Part shown: positions 57,222 to 64,000 of the stretch, one piece after another
Layout: each line of letters begins with the position of its first letter
How positions within the stretch are numbered: position 1 is the first letter of the stretch
Assembly (NCBI GenBank): GCA_050010755.1
Contig: JBEKKK010000001.1
Location: 992,001-1,056,000 of the forward strand
Reading direction: 5' to 3'
Source: Candidatus Bathyarchaeia archaeon
Lineage (GTDB): Archaea > Thermoproteota > Bathyarchaeia > Bathyarchaeales > Bathycorpusculaceae
DNA: 64,000 bases
Position numbers and translations under genes: made by a program
The notes under the pieces: model-generated
Database searches by the model: none
Seen by the model: the letters and a program-made list of their open reading frames with translations, nothing else
Told to the model about the DNA's origin: nothing

Positions 57222-58940
57222 ATGACGACTGAGTCTGTTACGAACGTGAAAAGAAAACTGCCGCCATGCCGTTATGCGTGTCCAGCACACGTCAACGTTC
57301 AAGCATACGTTTCTCTTATTCAAAGAGGAAAGTACAAGGAAGCTGTTGACATAATTCGAAACGACATGCCCTTCCCAGCAATCTGCGGAAGAGTGTGCTT
57401 CAGCCCATGCGAGGATGCATGTGCAAGAACTGATGTCGACCAGGCTGTGGCCATACGCGCATTAAAGAAGTTTGTAGCAGACATTGAACGCCAACAGAGG
57501 AAGGTCAAACCCAAACCAATACCCAAGAGACATCCAGAGAAAGTCGCGATCATCGGAGCAGGTCCCGCAGGCCTAACCGCGGCATACGAACTCGCGAAAC
57601 TCGGTTATCCCGTAACAGTCTATGAACGCATGGCCGAGCCAGGAGGCATGATGCGCTACTGCATACCCGATTTCCGCCTTGAAAAATTCGTCGTCGAAAA
57701 CGAAGCAAACTACATCAAAGACTTGGGCGTGGAAATCAGAACAGGCGTAGAATTTGGAAAGGACATCACGATTGAGAGTCTGCAGAAGGAAGGCTACAGG
57801 GCTGTTTTTCTGGCCATCGGCACCCAGAAAGGCATGATGCTTAATGTTCCGGGTGAAGACCTGAAAGGCGTAGTGAACGCCGTTGACTTCCTAAGGGACA
57901 TGGCCCTCGGAAAACACGTTGAAATCGGGCAAAAAGTAGCCGTTGTCGGTGGGGGAAACAGCGCGATAGACGCTGCCAGAACAGCCAAAAGAATGGGCGC
58001 AAAAGAAGTCACCCTTCTCTACAGACGTTCCCGAGAGGAAATGCCCGCCCTACCAAGCGAAGTGGAAGAAGCCGAAAAAGACGGCGTCAAAATAGAAATT
58101 CTAGTCGCACCCAAACAGATCATCGGGCAAAACGGCAAAGTCGAAGCCCTCGAATGCTTGCGAATGAAGCTGGGTGAACCCGACGAAAGCGGCAGGAGGC
58201 GTCCAGTGCCAATAGCCGGTTCTGAACACAAATACGAGGTGGACATGGTCATTCCAGCCCTGGGTCAGTTGGCAGAAGCCGCGTGTATTCCAAAGCCCTT
58301 ACAGGATGAAAAAGCAAGGATTCCAACAGTTGCCACGGATCCATTAACGCTCGAGACCAGGGTTCCAGGGGTCTTCGCTGGTGGTGACATAGCCACTGGG
58401 CCGGCAAGTATAATCGAAGCCGTGGGGCAGGGAAAACGGGCAGCCGCGTCAATTCACCTTCACCTTAGCGGACAAGACGTGCACAAGGACCGAGAGGAAA
58501 ACTTCGAAGAGGCAACATGGGCTAAGGATCTGAAGCAGATAAAGAAGAAAGAGCGTCGGTACAATCCGCTTCCAGAGAAATCCCGCACCACTTTCGAAGA
58601 AGTGCAAGACTACGTGGAAAAGCTGGAGAGAGATGCCAAGTTTGAAGCTTGCCGTTGCTTGGGTTGCGGGCCTTGCGCAGAATGTCTCGGAACCACAGAA
58701 TTGTGCGAAGGTGACAAAGCTGCCGTGGACGAAGCTCTCTGCATAGGCTGCAACGTGTGCGCCATCGTCTGTCCATTCGGAGCGGTTGAAAAGGACGAGA
58801 ACAACATCGCGCGAATAAACGAGGATCTTTGCAAGGGATGCGGACTCTGTGCCGCAAGATGCCCAGTGAGGGCGATAACGATGAAGAAAATAACCAACGA
58901 GCGCATACTAAACTTTGCCATACCAACCCTTAAGGAGTAG
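57222..58940 (+). CDS. GltD/NfnB-like FAD/NAD(P) oxidoreductase with extra ferredoxin domain
   Basis: PC..ACP, ICGRVC..PCE..C, GAGPAG, GGGNSAID.AR, FAGGD, two C-terminal CxxCxxC...CP. Confidence 0.9.
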   Translation: MTTESVTNVKRKLPPCRYACPAHVNVQAYVSLIQRGKYKEAVDIIRNDMPFPAICGRVCFSPCEDACARTDVDQAVAIRALKKFVADIERQQRKVKPKPIPKRHPEKVAIIGAGPAGLTAAYELAKLGYPVTVYERMAEPGGMMRYCIPDFRLEKFVVENEANYIKDLGVEIRTGVEFGKDITIESLQKEGYRAVFLAIGTQKGMMLNVPGEDLKGVVNAVDFLRDMALGKHVEIGQKVAVVGGGNSAIDAARTAKRMGAKEVTLLYRRSREEMPALPSEVEEAEKDGVKIEILVAPKQIIGQNGKVEALECLRMKLGEPDESGRRRPVPIAGSEHKYEVDMVIPALGQLAEAACIPKPLQDEKARIPTVATDPLTLETRVPGVFAGGDIATGPASIIEAVGQGKRAAASIHLHLSGQDVHKDREENFEEATWAKDLKQIKKKERRYNPLPEKSRTTFEEVQDYVEKLERDAKFEACRCLGCGPCAECLGTTELCEGDKAAVDEALCIGCNVCAIVCPFGAVEKDENNIARINEDLCKGCGLCAARCPVRAITMKKITNERILNFAIPTLKE

Positions 58941-58946
58941 ATATGA

Positions 58947-59702
58947 ATGACGGATAAAGAACCCAGAATTGTTTGTTTGATGTGTAACTTCGCCTTCTGC
59001 AGCAGCGAAAACCCAGTGCCATCTAACTTCAACGTGGGACGCGTAAACTGCATCGGAGAAATAGACCCGACGGTTGTTCTAGAAATATTCGAGAAAGGCG
59101 CCGATGCTGTGATGCTGGCAGGATGCAAACCGCCAGACTGTCACTTCGTTGAAGGTAACCTGCAGGCAGAACGCGCCGTAAGAATGATGAAGAAGCTTTT
59201 GGCATTGACAGGCTTGGAGCCTGAACGTCTAAACCTGCTCTGGTACTCGCCCTTTGAAGAAACGAGTTTCACGCCTTCAGCGAAAGAGTTCTCCAAGGAA
59301 ATAGAGAAACTGGGAACTTCCCCGCTGAAAAATGCAGGGCGTGAATCTATGCTTATGGTGAACCTCCTTGCTGCCAAGAACGCTGCCGGCGAGTTTCGCC
59401 TGAGAGTCCTGCTTGGCAGGGAGAAGGAACTCACCGAGGGCGTGAACGTTTACGGTGACAGACTCACACCTGAGGAATTCGACACATTGATGGATGACGT
59501 TGTTGAAGACGAATTCATCAGGTACAAGATTCACGTTCTCACAAGAACCAAGCCGCTTTCAGTCAAGGCCTTGGCGGAAGTAACCGAAATGAAGCCAGCG
59601 GCGGTTCTCAAGCAGATTGTTAACATGCGCAGAAAAAACATGATAGCTCTAGACAGCATTGAAGGAACGACACCTCTCTACAAAGCTTTGGAGATTGAAT
59701 AG
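58947..59702 (+). CDS. MvhD-like [2Fe-2S] subunit with C-terminal helical/HTH extension
   Basis: RVNCIG.IDP, GAD.V..AGC...DCHF..GN, G.EPERL. Confidence 0.85.
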   Translation: MTDKEPRIVCLMCNFAFCSSENPVPSNFNVGRVNCIGEIDPTVVLEIFEKGADAVMLAGCKPPDCHFVEGNLQAERAVRMMKKLLALTGLEPERLNLLWYSPFEETSFTPSAKEFSKEIEKLGTSPLKNAGRESMLMVNLLAAKNAAGEFRLRVLLGREKELTEGVNVYGDRLTPEEFDTLMDDVVEDEFIRYKIHVLTRTKPLSVKALAEVTEMKPAAVLKQIVNMRRKNMIALDSIEGTTPLYKALEIE

Positions 59703-59703
59703 A

Positions 59704-62700
59704 ATGAAAAACCAAAAAATCGGAGCAGTAATGGTGGTCGGCGGAGGAGTCGCTGGCATACAAGCATCCTTGGATCTAGCCGATTCTGGATTCAAAGTGT
59801 ATCTTGTTGACAAAGGACCAAGCATAGGCGGGGTGATGGCTCAGCTCGACAAGACGTTTCCAACAAACGACTGTTCAATGTGCATCTTGTCACCCAAGCT
59901 TGTTGCAACTGGAAGACACCCGAACATCACGATTCTGACGAACGCAGATATCATGGGATTGAACGGTGAAGCTGGAAACTTCGAAGTAAAGATTCGAAAA
60001 AACAGCCGTTACATAATCGAAGACAAGTGCAACGGCTGCGGCATCTGCGCGCAGAAGTGTCCAATCGAAGCCGTTGACACGTTTAACGAAGGCCTAGCGA
60101 AGAGAGGCGCTGTCTACGTGGAGTATCCACAGGCAGTCCCGCTGAAGTACAAGATTGACCGCGAAAAATGCATAGGATGCGGAACGTGCTACGAAATCTG
60201 CAAAGCAAGAGCAATTGAGTACGACCAGAAAGAGACCGAGACAACCCTGAAAGTTGGCTCAATAATCCTCGCTCCCGGATTCGAACCCTTCGACGCAACG
60301 CTCAAAACCGAGTACGGCTACGGACGCTTCCAAAACGTGGTCACAAGCCTCGAATTCGAGCGAATCCTTAGCGCCTCCGGCCCGTACGGCGGACTCGTCA
60401 TAAGACCATCAGACGGTGAAATACCGAAAAGAGTAGCCTTTATCCAATGCGTCGGCTCAAGAGACTATCAACTCGGAAACAACTACTGTTCCGCGGCATG
60501 TTGCATGTACGGCATAAAAGAAGCCGTCATAGCAAAAGAGCACACACCCATCCAAATTGACGCGTCAATCTTTTACATGGACATGCGTTCGTACGGAAAA
60601 GAGTTCGACGCGTACCGCAACCGCGCCGAGGAAGAGTACGGCATAAGATTCACGAGATCACGCGTCGCCGGAGTCACTGAAGACCCGTTGACGGGTAACC
60701 CCTTCGTCCATTACGTCCAAGACGAAACCCCAAAGACGGAAGAGTTCGACATGGTTGTGCTGGCAATAGGCATGCAACCCCCGAAAGGCGTTAAAGAACT
60801 GGCCAAAAACCTGGGAATCAAGCTCAACAAGTACAACTTCTGCGCAACACAAACTTTCTCTCCGATGGACACTTCGAAACCCGGCATCTACGTCTGTGGT
60901 GCTTTCTCAGCACCGAAAGACATACCTGAAAGCGTAGCCCAAGCAAGCGGCGCGGCGGCAAGAGCCATGGGAATAATCGCAGACGCAAGAGGAACACAGG
61001 TTGTAGCAAGGGTGTATCCTGCTGAAAGAGACGTGAGCAAAGAAGAGCCTCGCATCGGAGTCTTCGTCTGCCACTGCGGAATCAACATAGGCGGAGTCGT
61101 GAATGTACCACAAGTCGTGGAATACGCAAAGACCTTGCCAAATGTGGCCTACGCAGAAGCAAACGTTTACACTTGCTCACAGGACACTCAGAAGCTCATG
61201 TGCGAAGAAATCAAGCAGAACAAACTGAACCGGGTTATAGTTGCTTCGTGCACACCGAGGACGCATGAGCCGCTCTTCAAAGAAACAGTCCGGGAAGCTG
61301 GATTGAACCCGTACTTGTTTGAGATGACGAACATCCGAGACCAGTGCAGCTGGGTGCATATGCACGAACCGAAAGAAGCTACGGAAAAAGCCAAAGACCT
61401 CATCAGGTCGATAGTTGCCAAAACAGCACTCTTGAAACCCTTGAAGAAACCGGTGATAAGCGTCACCCAAGTGGGTCTCATAATAGGAGGCGGCGTCTCT
61501 GGTATGACGGCAGCTTTGGAGCTTGCAAAACAGGGTTTCGAAGTGCATTTGATTGAAAAAGAAAAGGAATTGGGTGGTCATCTTCTCACGATGTACTCTC
61601 TACTTGGAGAGAAAGGCGATCCGAAAGAAAAAGTAAATGCCATCGTCGACGAAGTCATGAAGAATGACAAGATACACGTCTACACCGAAGCAGAAGTTGC
61701 CGAGGTCCACGGTTTCGTGGGAAACTTCAAGTCAAAAATCCACCAACAGAACGGTAGCGAAAAGGAAATTCAGCACGGCATAGTGATAGTCGCCACTGGT
61801 GCGGTAGAATACAGACCCACGGAGTACTTCTATGACAAAGACCCGAGAGTCGTGACACAACATGAGCTGGAAGAAGACCTTGCAAAAGGAGAATTCAACG
61901 CCAAAAACGTGGTCATGGTCCAATGTATCGGGGCAAGGACAAAAGAGCGACCCAACTGCTCAAGAATATGCTGTGGACAAGCCATCAAGAACGCTTTGAA
62001 AATCAAGGAAGTAAGCCCGCAGACCGAAGTGTACGTGTTATTCAAGGACATCAGATCCTACGGGTTCAAAGAAGACTACTACCGTGACGCTGCAATGAAA
62101 GGGGTCACGTTCATAAACTATGGCGATGAACGCAAGCCGGAACTCACCAAGGAGGGAAACAAACTCAAAATGGCCTTCTGGGAACCCGTGCTGAAGCAAC
62201 AACTCGATATTGAGCCTGATCTAGTGGTTTTGAGTGTGGCAACGATTCCGAACCCTGGGAACAAGCATATAGCCGAACTTCTCAAGGTGCCGCTGACAAA
62301 GGATGGCTCATTCTTGGAAGCACACATGAAACTCCGCCCAGTGGATTTCGCAACCGACGGCGTTTTCCTGTGCGGAATGGCTCATTCGCCAAAGTACATC
62401 GAAGAAAGCATCGCACAAGCGTGTGCAGCTGCTTCGAGGGCCGCAACAATACTCTCCAAAAGCACGCTCGAGATGGAAGGAATTATCGCGAACGTTGACG
62501 AAGATTTATGTAGTGCCTGTAGGGTCTGTGAGTATTTGTGTCCGTACAGTGCAGTCGAAATTAAGGACAAGGATGGAAAATCAATCGCACACGTGATTGA
62601 AGCCTTGTGCAAGGGCTGCGGCGCCTGTGGGACTGCCTGTCCGACCAAAGCTATTACGATGGGACACTTTACCACGCAGGAAATACTTGCCCAGGTCAAA

Positions 62701-62724
62701 GCAGCTTTAGTGGAGGCGGAATGA
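59704..62724 (+). CDS. hdrA: Heterodisulfide reductase subunit A (long, two FAD modules)
   Basis: GGGVAG, LDKTFPTNDC, QCVGSR..YCS..CC, VFVCHCG.NI, ASCTPRTH, NIRDQCSW. Confidence 0.95.
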   Translation: MKNQKIGAVMVVGGGVAGIQASLDLADSGFKVYLVDKGPSIGGVMAQLDKTFPTNDCSMCILSPKLVATGRHPNITILTNADIMGLNGEAGNFEVKIRKNSRYIIEDKCNGCGICAQKCPIEAVDTFNEGLAKRGAVYVEYPQAVPLKYKIDREKCIGCGTCYEICKARAIEYDQKETETTLKVGSIILAPGFEPFDATLKTEYGYGRFQNVVTSLEFERILSASGPYGGLVIRPSDGEIPKRVAFIQCVGSRDYQLGNNYCSAACCMYGIKEAVIAKEHTPIQIDASIFYMDMRSYGKEFDAYRNRAEEEYGIRFTRSRVAGVTEDPLTGNPFVHYVQDETPKTEEFDMVVLAIGMQPPKGVKELAKNLGIKLNKYNFCATQTFSPMDTSKPGIYVCGAFSAPKDIPESVAQASGAAARAMGIIADARGTQVVARVYPAERDVSKEEPRIGVFVCHCGINIGGVVNVPQVVEYAKTLPNVAYAEANVYTCSQDTQKLMCEEIKQNKLNRVIVASCTPRTHEPLFKETVREAGLNPYLFEMTNIRDQCSWVHMHEPKEATEKAKDLIRSIVAKTALLKPLKKPVISVTQVGLIIGGGVSGMTAALELAKQGFEVHLIEKEKELGGHLLTMYSLLGEKGDPKEKVNAIVDEVMKNDKIHVYTEAEVAEVHGFVGNFKSKIHQQNGSEKEIQHGIVIVATGAVEYRPTEYFYDKDPRVVTQHELEEDLAKGEFNAKNVVMVQCIGARTKERPNCSRICCGQAIKNALKIKEVSPQTEVYVLFKDIRSYGFKEDYYRDAAMKGVTFINYGDERKPELTKEGNKLKMAFWEPVLKQQLDIEPDLVVLSVATIPNPGNKHIAELLKVPLTKDGSFLEAHMKLRPVDFATDGVFLCGMAHSPKYIEESIAQACAAASRAATILSKSTLEMEGIIANVDEDLCSACRVCEYLCPYSAVEIKDKDGKSIAHVIEALCKGCGACGTACPTKAITMGHFTTQEILAQVKAALVEAE

Positions 62725-63164
62725 TGAGCAAGAACGACGGGTTTGAACCGAAAATAATAGGTTTTCTGTGCAACTGGTGCAGTTACGCAGGCGCAGACTT
62801 GGCCGGTGTGAGCAGAATCCAGTACCCCCCGAACATCAGAATCATACGCGTGATGTGCAGCGGCAGGATAGACCCAGCGTTCGTGCTTGAAGCCTTCAAA
62901 GACGGCGCCGACGGAGTGCTGGTTGCTGGTTGTCACTTGCCGTCTGACTGTCACTACATTAGCGGTAATTTCAAGGCTATGAGAAGGATAAACCTGTTGA
63001 AGAGAGTCTTGAAAGATTTCGGGATAGAACCTGAACGTTTGCGGCTGGAATGGATCTCGGCGAGTGAGGGAGACAAATGGGCAGCTGTGGTCAAAAGCAT
63101 GGTGGAGGACCTGAAGAAGCTCGGTCCGAGCCAAGTGCAGGATATGGAAGCTGAAGTCGAATGA
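62721..63164 (+). CDS. mvhD: Methyl-viologen-reducing hydrogenase delta subunit
   Basis: FLCNWCSYAGAD, RVMCSGR, GCHLPSDCHY, WISASEG. Confidence 0.95.
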   Translation: MMSKNDGFEPKIIGFLCNWCSYAGADLAGVSRIQYPPNIRIIRVMCSGRIDPAFVLEAFKDGADGVLVAGCHLPSDCHYISGNFKAMRRINLLKRVLKDFGIEPERLRLEWISASEGDKWAAVVKSMVEDLKKLGPSQVQDMEAEVE

Positions 63165-63688
63165 CGGAAACCGCCGGTGAAAAGCCGATAAAGGCTTCAG
63201 AAATCGATCCCAAGTTTAAGTATGAGATATCGAAGATGCACGGCGGAGAAAAACTGATGCGCTGCTTCCAGTGTGGAACATGCACATCAGACTGTCCGGT
63301 TGCGAGGTTCAGCGAGACCTACAGGCCCAGACAGATAATACGCATGGCACAGCTCGGTCTCAGAGACAGAGTGCTGAACAGCGACACTCTGTGGCTTTGC
63401 GCAGCCTGCTTCACGTGCACAGACCGGTGTCCACAAGATGTTGAGGTTGCCAGTGTGATACGTGTTCTGAGAAACTTGGCAGCTGAGAAGGGCATCGTTC
63501 CTCAAATGTTCAAAGAGGAAGCATCAAGCATACTCGAGTCAGGCTACGCCTACCGAATTCCCGAGTTAAGGCTAAAGAAGAGAGAAACCCTGGGCCTGCC
63601 GCCGCTACCGAAGGGGAACCCCGGAAGCATAGGAAAAACGCTTCGGGAAATAAAGTTTCTTAAGTGCGTCGAAAAGAAGGGAAGCTAG
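63161..63688 (+). CDS. hdrC: Heterodisulfide reductase subunit C
   Basis: CFQCGTCTSDCP and WLCAACFTCTDRCP. Confidence 0.93.
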   Translation: MTETAGEKPIKASEIDPKFKYEISKMHGGEKLMRCFQCGTCTSDCPVARFSETYRPRQIIRMAQLGLRDRVLNSDTLWLCAACFTCTDRCPQDVEVASVIRVLRNLAAEKGIVPQMFKEEASSILESGYAYRIPELRLKKRETLGLPPLPKGNPGSIGKTLREIKFLKCVEKKGS

Positions 63689-63689
63689 G

Positions 63690-64000
63690 ATGGCCGAACA
63701 CAAGTATCTCCTGTTTCTGGGATGCGCAATTCCCTACCGTGTAGCCGCGTACGAGATCTCGGCGCGCAAAATCCTGCAGAGACTCGGCGTGGAAATAGTT
63801 GAGATGCCCGAGTTCAACTGTTGCGGGCTTCCGTTAGATCCTGTGAGCCACGAAACGATGCTCATTCTGGCAGCCAGAAATCTTGCAATAGCGGAGCAGA
63901 AAGGATTGGATATCGTGGCCTTGTGCCCAGGCTGTGCTGGGACTTTGAAGAAAGTCAGCAAGATGTTGAAAGAAGATAAGCACATGTGTGAAGAGATAAA
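63690..64000 (+). CDS. hdrB: Heterodisulfide reductase subunit B (partial, runs off the window)
   Basis: Manual translation MAEHKYLLFLGCAIP...EFNCCG...AARNLAIAE...LCPGC (CCG domain). Confidence 0.93.
   Translation, partial: MAEHKYLLFLGCAIPYRVAAYEISARKILQRLGVEIVEMPEFNCCGLPLDPVSHETMLILAARNLAIAEQKGLDIVALCPGCAGTLKKVSKMLKEDKHMCEEI

Noticed and set aside
1-64000. CRISPR array, tRNA or rRNA genes
   Set aside because: I saw no regularly spaced repeats, cloverleaf or rRNA-like sequence by eye; a tRNAscan/Infernal run would be needed to exclude them.

Overview
Archaeal chromosome segment, most consistent with Bathyarchaeia (inference from the Hdr/Mvh genes, zinc-type ferredoxin, an eL22-like protein, GGTGA ribosome-binding sites and pyrimidine-tract terminators). 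It has four parts. (1) 1-2150 is an AT-rich putative defence patch: a CCGG-family restriction-endonuclease-like gene missing from the ORF track, a divergent winged-HTH gene and a ComEC-type metallo-beta-lactamase. (2) ~2200-24450 is a co-oriented ~22 kb tailed-virus morphogenesis cluster: TerS/TerL, portal, MuF-like, protease/scaffold, decoration, HK97 capsid, connector, tail tube, frameshifting tail chaperone, tape measure and tail-tip genes. It ends in an ABC-ATPase/GNAT fusion and an RHH-like gene. I see no integrase, replication gene or tRNA att site, so it is either a defective provirus or a gene-transfer-agent-like element. It also carries a membrane-anchored, sequon-rich beta-helix protein and two structured intergenic elements. 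(3) 24650-56300 holds host stress, redox and metal genes: CDF, grpE-dnaK-dnaJ, nth, FTR/Grx, SOD, Zfx, TusA/DsrE/IscS/IscU, rubredoxin, class II RNR, OsmC, PDO, CopA, MFS, Tag, Lrp and Pat. (4) 56500-64000 is an Hdr/Mvh cluster preceded by an RHH-GcvH fusion lacking the lipoyl lysine. Short (CG)n tracts recur in many intergenic regions. All assignments come from motif recognition by eye; no searches were run.
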